NCBI GenBank assembly: GCA_964572855.1
Contig: CAZNGF010000003.1
Span: 81 to 64,080, forward strand
DNA: 64,000 nt
Direction of reading: 5' to 3'
Source: an uncultured Thermotogae bacterium
GTDB taxonomy: Bacteria > Bipolaricaulota > Bipolaricaulia > RBG-16-55-9 > JAJCYT01
Shown in pieces: positions 6,757 to 16,269 of this stretch. The notes under the pieces are model-generated. The model was not told where the DNA came from, made no database searches, and worked only from the letters and a program-made list of their open reading frames with translations. A program made the translations under genes and the position numbers. Position 1 is the stretch's first letter. Each line of letters starts with the position of its first letter.

Positions 6757-9738
6757 TCAAGCGTCCAGCGCGCCGAGCGCGCGCGTGACCCAGTCGTCGA
6801 GCGCTCCCGTCGCCGGCGCGTCACCGGGCCCGCCCGCCCGCGCGCGCAGCGCCTCGGCGCGCTCGCGGGCCTCCTGGTGCGTCGCCGGGTGGGCCAGCAC
6901 GCGGGCGAGCAGGTCGCGGGCGTCCTCGGCTTGCCCGGTCTCGACCCAGAGCGCCGCGACGCCGAGCAGGACCTCGAGCGTGAGCGGCTCGAACGCGAGC
7001 CCCGCGACGCGGACCAGCGCCTGCCGGAGTTGGGCGGCGGCCTCCTCGTGCGCGCCGCGCGCGACGGCGACGTCCGCCAGGTTCTTGTGCGCGTGCACGA
7101 CGCCGGCCTCGTCCCCGAGCTCGCGGGAGCGCGCCAGGCAGCGGGCGTGGATTGCGCCCGCCCGCTCGTACTCGCCGAGCCCGTAGTGCGCCGAGCCCAG
7201 GTTGTTGAGCACGGCCACTCGTCCCCAGGGGTTGTCGATCTTTTCGTAGTGTGCCAGGCTTTGGGTCAGATAGCGTCGGGCTTCGGGGTAGTCGTGCCGC
7301 GCCAGCGCCACGTTGCCCAGGTTGTTGAGCGCGCGCGCCACGCCGCGCCGGTCGCCGCCCTTGCGGCAGAGGGCCAGGCTCTCGCGGTAGCGGGCCGTGG
7401 CGGTCTCGAAATCGCCCCGCTCCCAGGCCAGCACGCCCAGGTTGGTCAGCGGCCGCACGGCGCCGGCCTCGTCGCCGCGCGCTTGGCAGAGCGCCAGGCC
7501 GCGTTCCAGGCAGCGCTCGGCCGCGTCGTAGTCGCCCTGCAGGTCGAACACGACGCCGAGCCCGTTGAGCCCGAAGGCCACCTCGTCCCAGGTCCCCTCC
7601 GCCTCCAGCAGCGCGAGCCCGCGTTCCAGCGCCTCGCGGGCCTCCGCGAAGCGCGCCAGCCGCTCCAGACACGTCCCCCAGCGCACCAGCAGCGTCCCCC
7701 GCAGCGCGGCCGGCGCGCCGTCGAGCCGCTCGACCGCCGCGCGGAACGCGGCCTCGGCCTCCCCGTAGGCCCCGCGCAGGTCGAGGTAGTCGAACCACGC
7801 GGGGGCGTAGCGCGCGACCAGGTCCGCGCGCGCGCGCTCGACGGCCCAGCGCCAGCCGGCTCGGACGTTGTCCGCGTCCGCCGCGATGCGCCGCAACGCG
7901 CGCGCCTGGTCCGCGCCGCCCAGCGCCTCGGCCCGCGCACGCAGGACCGACGCGTAGTGGGCGGCGTGCGCTTCGCGGGCGCGCTCGGCCTCCCGGGGGA
8001 CGCGCTCGAGCTTGGCCCGCACGGCGTCCCGCAGCACGCGCAGCAGCTCGAAGCGGCCCGACGCCGTCCGGCGCAGCAGCGACTTGTGCAGCAGGCCCAG
8101 CAGCAGCGAGGGCGGCGCGTTGGCCACGGCGCGCGCGGCGTCCCGGTCGAACGGCCCGGCGAACACGGCGAGTCGCCCCAGGGCGCGGCGCTCTTGCGCT
8201 GAAAGCCGCTTCCAGGAGCCCGCCAGCGCCGCCCCCAGGCTGCGGTGGCGGGCCGGCAGGTCGGACGAGCGCGCCTCGAGCCAGCCCTCGCCCGCTTCCA
8301 GTTCGTCGGCGATCTCGCCGGGGGTCATGACCCGTACCCAGGGCGCGGCCAGCTCGAGCGCGAGCGGGACGCCCTGGGCCAGGCGGCAGATTCGGATTAG
8401 GTCGCGCAGCCCTTGAGCGTCGGGGGCGAAGTCCGGCGCGGCCCGCCGGGCGGCCGCCAGCAGGAGCGCGACCGCGGCGCGCTCGCCCGGTGTCGGGTCG
8501 CCCCGCTCCGGCAGCTCCAGGCCCTCCAGGGCCACGACCCACTCCCCGCGCCACCCCAGCGGCTCGCGCGAGGTCGCCAGCAGCGAAACGCCGGGCGCCG
8601 CCTCCAGCAACCCGCGCAGCCAGCCCAGCCCCGCCGCCAGGCGCTCGGCGTTGTCCAGCACGAGCAGCGCCCGCCGGTCGCGCACGAGATCGCCCAGTTG
8701 CCGCTTCGGGTCGCCGCCCGGCATGGGCGGCGCGTCCAGCGCTCCGAGCAGCGCGAGCGGGGCCCCATCGTCGTCCTCCACAGTTTCCAGCGGGATCCAG
8801 AAGACGCCGTCCGGAAACGCGGGCGCCAGTCCGCCCGCGGCCTCCAGCGCCAGGCGCGTCTTGCCGATCCCGCCGGGGCCGGTCACGGTGAGCGCGCGGC
8901 AGGACGGGCCCGTCAGGCGCTCGCGGATCCCTTCCAGTTCGCGCTGCCGCCCCAGGAACGGCGTGAGCGCCTGGGGCAGCTGGCCCGGCGCGGGGCGCGC
9001 CGTCGAGGGCAGCTCGTGCTTGAGGATCTGCTCGTGCAGCGCGCGCGTCTCGGGCGCGGGCTCGGCGTCCAGGTGCTGCAGCGTGAGGGCGCAGGCACGG
9101 TAGGCTTGCAGGGCCTCCTGTTGCCGGCCCGCGCGGTAGAGGGCCCGCATCTTCTGGCGGTGGGCGCGCTCCAGCCCCGGCTGCAGCGCGAGCGCCTGCT
9201 GGCAGCAGTCCAGCGCGCGCTCGTACTGACCGGCCCGGTCGTGACAGTCGGCCAGCTCGCCCAGCGCCTCCAGGTAGCGCGCCAGGAAGCGCTCCTGCTC
9301 GTGCAGGGCCCAGTCGTCGTAGAACCCCTCCAGCAGCGGGCCCCGGTAGAGCGCGGCCGCCTCGGCCAGCCGTTCGAGCCGCCGACGCGGGTCGGTGGCG
9401 CGTCGGGCCGCCTCGATCCCCCGTTCGAAGCGCCGGGCGTCCACGCGCCAGCGCTGGCTTGACTCCAGCCGCACCTGGGACGCGCTGGCCCGCAGCGCGT
9501 CGGCCTCCTCGCCCAGCGCCCTGCGCAGGACGTAGAGCGCGCGCCGCAGGTTAACGCGCGCTTTGGACTCGTCCATCTCGGGCCAAAACGCGCCGGCCAG
9601 CTTCGCGCGCGGGTGGTTTTGCTCCGGGTTCAGGACGAGGTAGGCCAGCAGCGCCTCGACCTTGCGGCTCTCCAGATGCACCCGCGCCCCGTCGCCGGCG
9701 CGCAGCTCGAATCCGCCCAGCAGCTTGAGTTCGACCAT
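6757..9738 (-). CDS. AfsR/SARP-family transcriptional regulator (wHTH-BTAD-NB-ARC ATPase-TPR; STAND class)
   Basis: LKLLGGFEL...LRRAL wHTH; YRGPLLEG...ERAHRQKMRALY BTAD; GPGGIGKT, LLVLDNAE, LATSRE, GVPLALELAA NB-ARC; multiple LNNLG TPRs. Confidence 0.95.
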   Translation of the reverse strand: MVELKLLGGFELRAGDGARVHLESRKVEALLAYLVLNPEQNHPRAKLAGAFWPEMDESKARVNLRRALYVLRRALGEEADALRASASQVRLESSQRWRVDARRFERGIEAARRATDPRRRLERLAEAAALYRGPLLEGFYDDWALHEQERFLARYLEALGELADCHDRAGQYERALDCCQQALALQPGLERAHRQKMRALYRAGRQQEALQAYRACALTLQHLDAEPAPETRALHEQILKHELPSTARPAPGQLPQALTPFLGRQRELEGIRERLTGPSCRALTVTGPGGIGKTRLALEAAGGLAPAFPDGVFWIPLETVEDDDGAPLALLGALDAPPMPGGDPKRQLGDLVRDRRALLVLDNAERLAAGLGWLRGLLEAAPGVSLLATSREPLGWRGEWVVALEGLELPERGDPTPGERAAVALLLAAARRAAPDFAPDAQGLRDLIRICRLAQGVPLALELAAPWVRVMTPGEIADELEAGEGWLEARSSDLPARHRSLGAALAGSWKRLSAQERRALGRLAVFAGPFDRDAARAVANAPPSLLLGLLHKSLLRRTASGRFELLRVLRDAVRAKLERVPREAERAREAHAAHYASVLRARAEALGGADQARALRRIAADADNVRAGWRWAVERARADLVARYAPAWFDYLDLRGAYGEAEAAFRAAVERLDGAPAALRGTLLVRWGTCLERLARFAEAREALERGLALLEAEGTWDEVAFGLNGLGVVFDLQGDYDAAERCLERGLALCQARGDEAGAVRPLTNLGVLAWERGDFETATARYRESLALCRKGGDRRGVARALNNLGNVALARHDYPEARRYLTQSLAHYEKIDNPWGRVAVLNNLGSAHYGLGEYERAGAIHARCLARSRELGDEAGVVHAHKNLADVAVARGAHEEAAAQLRQALVRVAGLAFEPLTLEVLLGVAALWVETGQAEDARDLLARVLAHPATHQEARERAEALRARAGGPGDAPATGALDDWVTRALGALDA

Positions 9739-9794
9739 ACAGCCCGGTGCTTGACTCCCCCCTTGCGCCCAGTATATCGCATGGTCCGGGCCGA

Positions 9795-9827
9795 CCTCAC
9801 GCTTTCCTCACGCCCCGCGGCTACGCT
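9795..9827 (+). promoter_or_regulatory. SARP-type activator site: CTCACGC-N4-CTCACGC-N8-TACGCT(-10)
   Basis: Heptamers at 9796-9802 and 9807-9813 (11-bp period), 8-nt spacer, -10-like TACGCT at 9822-9827, upstream of the SBBP gene. Confidence 0.7.
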
Positions 9828-9875
9828 TTGTGGATGCCCCCAGCGGGCGATTTACATCCCAAAGAGGTGATCGGC

Positions 9876-12800
9876 ATGTTCGCTCCATCCACGTTGACCA
9901 AGGCCGCGGGGCTGGCGGCGCTGGCGCTTTTGCTCGGCGTGTCGGCCCTGGCCGCGCCGTCGTACGGGGAGTTGCCCCTCAGCTTCGTCCCCAACGCGGG
10001 CCAGTTCGAATCCCAAGTGCGCTTTCAGGTAAAGGGCGCCAACGGTACGATCCACTTCACGTCGTCCCAGGTCGTCTTCAGCAGTGACGGGGCGGTGGTG
10101 CGGGCCACGTTCGTGGGCGCCGCCCCCGCGCCCGAGCTGACTGGCTTCGACCCGCTCCCAGGCACGGCCAGCTTCTTCGTGGGCGACCCCGCGCGCTGGC
10201 GCGCGGGGCTGCCGACCTTCGGGGCGCTGCGCTACGAGGCGCTCTACCCCGGGATCGACCTCGTCTACCGCGGGGGCAAGGGGGCCCTGAAGCGCGAGTT
10301 CGCCGTGGCGCCGGGCGCGGACCCGGCTCAAATCCGCATGGCCTTTTCAGGCGTCGAGGCGGTCACGATCGACGAGGCCGGGGACCTCGTGCTCGACACC
10401 GCAGGCGGGCGGCTGGTCGAGGACGCGCCGGTCGTGTTCCAAGAGATCGGTGGAGCCACGGTCGAGGTCGGCGGGCGCTTCCGCCTGTTCGACGACGGAA
10501 CCGTGGGCTTCGAGGTCGGGCTCTACGATCCGTCCCACAAGCTGGTCATCGACCCCGAGCTGGCCTATTCCACCTACCTGGGCGGGGGCGACGGCGACAA
10601 CGCGCTCGGCGTGGCCGTGGATTCGAACGGAAACGCCTACGTGACGGGCTCGGCGCGCTCGTCGGACTTCCCCAGCACCAACCCGGTCGTCTCGCCCGAG
10701 CCGGAGGGGGACGTCTACATCGCCAAGCTGAACCCGTCGGGCTCGTCGCTGCAGTACACGGCTTTTCTGGGCGGCGCGTTTCGCGATCAAGGCAGGGGCA
10801 TCGCGGTCGACTCGGCGGGCAACGCCTACGTGGTGGGTGAGACGCGCTCGCCCAACTTCCCGACCGTGAATTCGCTGGATGCCACCCACGGCGGCGGGCA
10901 GTGCGTGACCGGCCCGTGCCCGGACGCGTTCGTGGCCAAGCTGAACGCGTCCGGCACGCAGCTGGCCTTCACGACCTTCTTGGGCGGGGGCGACGTCGAG
11001 TTCGGCAACGGGATCGCGCTGGACCGGGCGGGGCGGATCCACCTCACCGGGCAGACCGCCTCCGACGACTTCCCGGTCAACGGCCTGTTCCAGCAGAAGA
11101 AAGGCGCCCGCGACGCGTTCTACAGCAAGCTCGACAACTCGGGGTCGACGCTGCTGTACTCGACCTTCCTGGGCGGGAACGACAGCGACGACGGGCACGG
11201 CATCGCGGTCGACCCGTCGGGCAACGCCTACGTCGCTGGCGAGACCCGCTCGACGGACTTCCCCGTCACGACCAACGCGTTGCAGACGGGCCACGGGGGC
11301 GGCGCGCTGGACGGGTACGTGACCAAGTTCCAGCCCAACGGCCTGTTGGCCTATTCGACCTACCTGGGCGGGAGCAACACGGACTTCGTCAACGGGATCG
11401 TCGTGGACGGCTTCGGCAGCGCCTTCGTGGCCGGGTACACGGGGTCGAACGACTACCCGACCGTCTCGCCGGTGCAGGCGAACCTGGGCGGGCAGGTGGA
11501 CGCGTTCGTCTCGAAGCTGAACGCGGCCGGCTCGGGGCTGGTCTACTCGACCTACCTGGGCGGCAGCACCATCGACTTCGCCCAAGGCATCGCCGTGGAC
11601 GGGAGCGGCAACGCCTACGTCACGGGCGTGACCGATTCTTCCAACTTTCCGACCGCCGACCCCGTGCAGCCCAGCTACGGCGGCGGGGTCTTCGACGCCT
11701 TCGTGGCCAAGCTCAACCGACAGGGGTTCGCACTCGCGTACTCGACCTTCCTGGGCGGCACCGACAACGACCAAGGCTACGGAATCGCCGTGGACACCAA
11801 GGACGCCGCCTACGTCGCGGGCACGACGGCCTCGGGCAACTTCCCGGTCACGGGCGGCGCCTATCAGGTTTTGACCAGCAGCGGCGGGGTCAACGACGCG
11901 TTCGTGACCAAGCTCGCCGAGGCCACCTTCCCGCCGCCGCAAGAGCAGGACGAGGCCGACATGGCCGTGACCGTTCGCGACAACCCCGATCCCGTAACCG
12001 TGGGAGACGAGATCAACTACACCGTCGAGGTGCGCAACAACGGGCCGGCACAAGCCACCGGCGTGCTGCTCACCAGCACGATGCCGGGCAGCCTGGAGTT
12101 CGTTTCGGCGAACACCAACCGCGGGAGCTGTGGGCTGGTCAACGGCGTGGTCGTCTGCGAGCTCAACGACATGGGCGCCGACGTGCGCGTCACGGTCTCG
12201 GTCGTGGCGCGGGCCACGCAGGCCGGCACGGCCGGCAACACCGCGCGCATCTCGGCCGAGCAACTCGACCCCGAACCAAGCAACGACAACGACACGGCCA
12301 CCACGACCGTGCAGGGTCAGGTCGACCAGGGGGAAAACGAGCCCCCCACGGTCTCGCTCAGCTACGCACCGCAGGACCCGACCGTGAACGACACGGTCGA
12401 GTTCGAGGCCGACGCCACCGACCCCGACGGCGACGAGCTCGAATACGCGTGGATCGTGGACGGCCAGCCGCAGGACGTCACGGGCCCGACCGCGCGCTGG
12501 ACCAACCCGCCGCAAGGGGCTCACACCGTCACGGTGCGCGTTTCCGACGGCAACGGCGGCCAGGCCGAGGACACGGTCGAGTTCACCGTGGGCACGGGCC
12601 AGCAGGAGCCGGGCAACCAGGAGCCGACCGTTTCGCTCAGCTACACGCCGGGCAGCCCCGAGGTCGGGAACCCGGTGCAGCTCAACGCCCAGGCCAGCGA
12701 CCCCGACGGCGACCCGCTGGGCTACAGCTGGACGGTCAACGGCCAGCCGCGCACGGATTTAACGGGGGCGAGCCCCACGTGGACGCCCTCGCAGCCCGGC

Positions 12801-13397
12801 AGCTACACGGTTCAAGTCCAGGTCGCCGACGGCCGCGGCGGCACGGCCTCCGACAGCCGCACGATCAGCGTGAGCGGCGGGAGCAGCGGCGACCCCTCCA
12901 CGAGCTTGGCCGAGGCGCTCGACGCCAATGACAACGGCGTGCTGGACGACTCGGAAATCGAGAACGCGATCACGCTCTGGGTGCTGGGAGACACCGTGCC
13001 GGGCACCGACGGCGAGACGATCGGCGACGACGAGATGATCGACCTGATCGCGATGTGGATCACGGGCGCGTCGGTGAGTTCGGACGGCGCGGCGCGCGTC
13101 GCGTCGCCGCGGCAACCGCTGCGGGTTGAGGGCGTCGCGCTGAGCCAACCGAGCCCGCTGAGCCGGACCGTGCGCGTCCGAGGACAAAACGTAGCGCGCA
13201 TTGAAGTTCAGGTCTTCGGCCTGGACGGACGGCTCCTGATTCGGGAGGAACACGCGGGACCGGCGCTGCGCTTCAACCTGCTGGACGGGTCGGGCCGGCC
13301 GCTGGCCAACGGCGTCTACCTCTACGCCGTCACCGCTCGCGGCACCGACGGCACGAGCTGGCGCAGCGCGGTGCAGAAGGTAGTCGTGCTGCGTTAG
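9876..13397 (+). CDS. Large secreted SBBP-repeat beta-propeller protein with DUF11, two PKD domains, EF-hand/dockerin-like module and T9SS/FlgD-like C-terminal domain
   Basis: SD GAGGTGA then ATG 9876; signal peptide; LPLSFVPNAGQ N-domain; about 7 YSTYLGG..D.G.GIAVD..GNAYV.G.T.S.DFP repeats; DUF11 (DNPDPVTVGDEINYTVEVRNNGP); PKD DPDGD.L.Y.W twice; LDANDNGVLDDSE; GRPLANGVYLY...KVVVLR. Confidence 0.9.
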   Translation: MFAPSTLTKAAGLAALALLLGVSALAAPSYGELPLSFVPNAGQFESQVRFQVKGANGTIHFTSSQVVFSSDGAVVRATFVGAAPAPELTGFDPLPGTASFFVGDPARWRAGLPTFGALRYEALYPGIDLVYRGGKGALKREFAVAPGADPAQIRMAFSGVEAVTIDEAGDLVLDTAGGRLVEDAPVVFQEIGGATVEVGGRFRLFDDGTVGFEVGLYDPSHKLVIDPELAYSTYLGGGDGDNALGVAVDSNGNAYVTGSARSSDFPSTNPVVSPEPEGDVYIAKLNPSGSSLQYTAFLGGAFRDQGRGIAVDSAGNAYVVGETRSPNFPTVNSLDATHGGGQCVTGPCPDAFVAKLNASGTQLAFTTFLGGGDVEFGNGIALDRAGRIHLTGQTASDDFPVNGLFQQKKGARDAFYSKLDNSGSTLLYSTFLGGNDSDDGHGIAVDPSGNAYVAGETRSTDFPVTTNALQTGHGGGALDGYVTKFQPNGLLAYSTYLGGSNTDFVNGIVVDGFGSAFVAGYTGSNDYPTVSPVQANLGGQVDAFVSKLNAAGSGLVYSTYLGGSTIDFAQGIAVDGSGNAYVTGVTDSSNFPTADPVQPSYGGGVFDAFVAKLNRQGFALAYSTFLGGTDNDQGYGIAVDTKDAAYVAGTTASGNFPVTGGAYQVLTSSGGVNDAFVTKLAEATFPPPQEQDEADMAVTVRDNPDPVTVGDEINYTVEVRNNGPAQATGVLLTSTMPGSLEFVSANTNRGSCGLVNGVVVCELNDMGADVRVTVSVVARATQAGTAGNTARISAEQLDPEPSNDNDTATTTVQGQVDQGENEPPTVSLSYAPQDPTVNDTVEFEADATDPDGDELEYAWIVDGQPQDVTGPTARWTNPPQGAHTVTVRVSDGNGGQAEDTVEFTVGTGQQEPGNQEPTVSLSYTPGSPEVGNPVQLNAQASDPDGDPLGYSWTVNGQPRTDLTGASPTWTPSQPGSYTVQVQVADGRGGTASDSRTISVSGGSSGDPSTSLAEALDANDNGVLDDSEIENAITLWVLGDTVPGTDGETIGDDEMIDLIAMWITGASVSSDGAARVASPRQPLRVEGVALSQPSPLSRTVRVRGQNVARIEVQVFGLDGRLLIREEHAGPALRFNLLDGSGRPLANGVYLYAVTARGTDGTSWRSAVQKVVVLR

Positions 13398-13417
13398 CGC
13401 ACGGGTGGGGGGAGATG

Positions 13418-13457
13418 CGGCGGGGCTGGCACGTCCGGCCCCGCCGCGCTTTGCTTT
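13418..13457 (+). terminator. GC-rich hairpin between convergent genes
   Basis: GCGGCGGGGC...GCCCCGCCGC followed by GCTTTGCTTT. Confidence 0.55.
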
Positions 13458-13463
13458 CAGCGC

Positions 13464-14726
13464 TCAGACGAACCAAAGCAGCAGCAACCCCGCCAGCGCT
13501 ACCGCCCCGAATGCCCAGCCCGCGAACCGAAACAACGTCGGGCCGCCCAGGGCCAGCACGAGGCTCGCCTTGAGCCCGGTGTTGACCAGCGAGGCCAACA
13601 CGATGCCCTGGGCCGCGATGTGCGCGCTGATCTGCCCGTCGCGCGAGAGGTTGGACAAACTGAGCGTGATCGTGTTCGTGCTGGTGAGGCCGCTGAGCGC
13701 GCTGAAGGCCAGCACGCCCTGCCCGCCGAACCACTGGCTGGCCGCGGTGGCCAGCAGCGTGATCACCGCGTAGAGCGCCCCGATGGTGAGCGCCGAGGTG
13801 AGCCGGAAGGGGTTGCGCAGCGCGAGCTCGCTCCCCTCTTCCTGCGCCGCGGTGCGGTCGAACTGGAACCAGAGCACGGCGCAACCGAGCAGACCCGCGC
13901 CAATCATGCCGGCGAACGGCGGCCAGAGCCGCTGCAGCAGGGCGGGGTTGATGATGGCCACCTCGATGAGCTGGCGCGGGAACATGATGGTCGAGGCCAG
14001 CACGATCGAGAAGGCGAACATGCGCAGGAGTTGTTCGTGCTCGCGCGCGCGGCGCGCGTAGGTCAGCACGTAGGCCGTGCTGGAGACGAAGCCGCCCAGC
14101 ATCCCGGTGAGCCCGATGCCCCGCCGCGGCCCCAGCACCTTGATGGCCACGTAGCCCAGAAAGCTCAATCCGGCGATCAGCACGACCATGAGCCAGGTCT
14201 GGTACGGGTTGAAGGCCCCGAACGGGCCCAGCGCCTCGTTGGGCAGCACGGGCAGCACGATGAAAGTGATGATGGCGAACTTGAGCGTGGCGTACAGGTC
14301 CTCCTGCTCGAGGCGGCCGGCGAACGCCTGCAGGCGCGGCTTGATCGAGAGCAGCACCGTGATCCCCACCGCCAGCGCCACCGAGACCTCGAACAGCTCG
14401 TAGTAGACCAGCACGCCGATGAGCGCGGTGAGCAGCGCCGAGATCTCGGTGGTCAGGCCCGGCTCCTCGATGTAGCGCGAGGAGAGCACGGCGCTGGCCG
14501 TGATGACGGCGGAAAAGCCCAGAAAGGCGATCAAGAGGAACCAGATCGAGCTCAGCTCGGCGATGAGCGCGCTGGTGGTGCCGAAGAGCGCAAAGAGCGT
14601 AAAGGTGCGCACGCCGGCGAAGAAGTGGCGGTCCTCCCAGCGCTGGCGCCACTCGCGCTCCAGTCCGATGAGCGCGCCCAACACCAGCGAGAGCCCAAAG
14701 ACCTTGAACAGCGCCAGCGTGTCCAC
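13464..14726 (-). CDS. MgtC/SapB family membrane protein with DUF4010
   Basis: LGALIGLERE...AGVRTF, GLTTE, LPVLPN, FNPY..WLMVVLIAGLSF.GY, GGFVSSTA. GTG start at 14726 with AAGGAGG SD. Confidence 0.9.
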   Translation of the reverse strand: MDTLALFKVFGLSLVLGALIGLEREWRQRWEDRHFFAGVRTFTLFALFGTTSALIAELSSIWFLLIAFLGFSAVITASAVLSSRYIEEPGLTTEISALLTALIGVLVYYELFEVSVALAVGITVLLSIKPRLQAFAGRLEQEDLYATLKFAIITFIVLPVLPNEALGPFGAFNPYQTWLMVVLIAGLSFLGYVAIKVLGPRRGIGLTGMLGGFVSSTAYVLTYARRAREHEQLLRMFAFSIVLASTIMFPRQLIEVAIINPALLQRLWPPFAGMIGAGLLGCAVLWFQFDRTAAQEEGSELALRNPFRLTSALTIGALYAVITLLATAASQWFGGQGVLAFSALSGLTSTNTITLSLSNLSRDGQISAHIAAQGIVLASLVNTGLKASLVLALGGPTLFRFAGWAFGAVALAGLLLLWFV

Positions 14727-14891
14727 ACGCCCTCCTTCCCACGCGGCACAGTGTGCACTGTAGCCTATATAGGCGTCAAGGACAACGCGCTTCTCCACAC
14801 GAGGACTCGCTCCCCGAGATGAACACGGGCCAAGCCGCCTGATTGAACCGTAGAGGGCGCAAAGGAACGAGTTTCTCTGCGCTCTCGGCGA

Positions 14892-16061
14892 CTACGTCGT
14901 TCCCCCCGTGTTCGCTTCCAGACGCGCGATCACGCACGCGGCCAGCGCCGCGCGCTCGGGAATCGAGGCCACCTCGAGGTATTCCTGCGCGCTGTGGTAG
15001 CCGCCGCCCACGGGACCGAGCGCGTCCACGGTCGGGACGCCGCGCGCGGCGGTGAAGTTGCCGTCCGAGCCGCCGCCGGTGGCCGAGGCGTTCAATTCAA
15101 ATCCGAGGTTGGATGCGTTGTGCTGAAAGAGCGCGCTCAGACGGTTCGTCTCGTCGCCCGGGTTCATGGGCGGCCGCTCGGAACGCAGCGTCAGCTCGCT
15201 CCGCGTTCCCGGCACGTCGGCGCGCGCCGCGATTCGTTCGATAGCCGCTTTCACGCGCCCGGCCATCGCGGGCGTCGTCGTGCGGACGTCGACCTCGGCC
15301 CGCGCGCGCTCGGCCACCACGTTGGCGCGCGTGCCGCCCTGAATCACGCCGACGTTGACGCTCAGGCCGGAGCGAGGCTCGTTGAGCGCGTGCAGCTCGA
15401 CGACCTTGCGGCTGAGCGCCAGGATCGCGCTCGCCCCGTCCCCCGGGTTCACGCCCGCGTGGGCGGCCCTGCCCGTGATCTCCAACGCGTACCCGATGCC
15501 GCCCTTGCGCGCCGTCACGATCGAGCCGTCGGCCCGTCCCGGCTCGAAGGCGAACGCGGCACGGGAGCCTTCGCAGTGGGACTCGATGAGCTCGCGGGAG
15601 TTGACCGACGAGATTTCCTCGTCGCAGTTGTTGACGACCACGAGGCTGACCGAATCGAGCAAATCGTGCGCCCGCAGCGCCTCGACCGCGCCCAGCATCC
15701 CGACCAGCCCGCCCTTCATGTCGGCCACGCCGGGGCCATACGCGCGTTCGCCCCGGATCTCGAACGGGCGCTGCCGAACCGTCCCGCGCGCGAACACCGT
15801 GTCGGTGTGGCCGATCAACAGCAACTTGGGCGCATCGGAGCGAGGGCTGAACCGGGTGGCGACCAACTGCGGCCCGGTGTCGGTCTCGATCCGTTCGACC
15901 GCGAACCCAAGCGCCCCCCAGCGCTCGCTCAACAGATCGGCCATGCGAGCCAGGCCGTCCAAATCCTTGCTCCCGCTGTCGGTATTGACCAGCGTCTCCA
16001 GCAGGTCGAGCCAGCGGGGCAGGGCGGATCGGCAGGTGTCGAGCAAGGCATTCGAGTTCAT
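14892..16061 (-). CDS. M20 family metallopeptidase (glutamate carboxypeptidase-like)
   Basis: GHTDTVF, GPGVADMKGG, DEE, FEP, GGGSDGNF, YHS. Confidence 0.9.
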   Translation of the reverse strand: MNSNALLDTCRSALPRWLDLLETLVNTDSGSKDLDGLARMADLLSERWGALGFAVERIETDTGPQLVATRFSPRSDAPKLLLIGHTDTVFARGTVRQRPFEIRGERAYGPGVADMKGGLVGMLGAVEALRAHDLLDSVSLVVVNNCDEEISSVNSRELIESHCEGSRAAFAFEPGRADGSIVTARKGGIGYALEITGRAAHAGVNPGDGASAILALSRKVVELHALNEPRSGLSVNVGVIQGGTRANVVAERARAEVDVRTTTPAMAGRVKAAIERIAARADVPGTRSELTLRSERPPMNPGDETNRLSALFQHNASNLGFELNASATGGGSDGNFTAARGVPTVDALGPVGGGYHSAQEYLEVASIPERAALAACVIARLEANTGGTT

Positions 16062-16157
16062 GACGGAACCTCAGCGACACCGGCTTCCAAATCAAGGCGG
16101 GCTCTTGCGGCAGTCAGAAAGTCCATCCCTAGTAGACGACCACAGTGGTTTTTGGGT

Positions 16158-16269
16158 GTAGGGGCGCGATTCATCGCGCCCGTGGGCACGCGCTTTGGCC
16201 GCCCATGAAGTCTATCTGGTCATGAACCAGACGTGTAGGCCGGGTCCCATGAATGGGACCCCTACACAG
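16158..16269. repeat. REPIN-like element: two inverted GTAG-type REPs
   Basis: Left GTAGGGGCGCG-ATTCAT-CGCGCCC (16158-16181); right, on the minus strand, GTAGGGGTCCC-ATTCAT-GGGACCC (16242-16265). Homologous copy at 44748-44844. Confidence 0.8.

Noticed and set aside
9960-11930. Regularly spaced repeats (TACTCGACCTACCTGGGCGG-like) that could look like a CRISPR array
   Set aside because: They are in-frame, degenerate at third positions and encode SBBP blades; there are no unique spacers and no cas genes.
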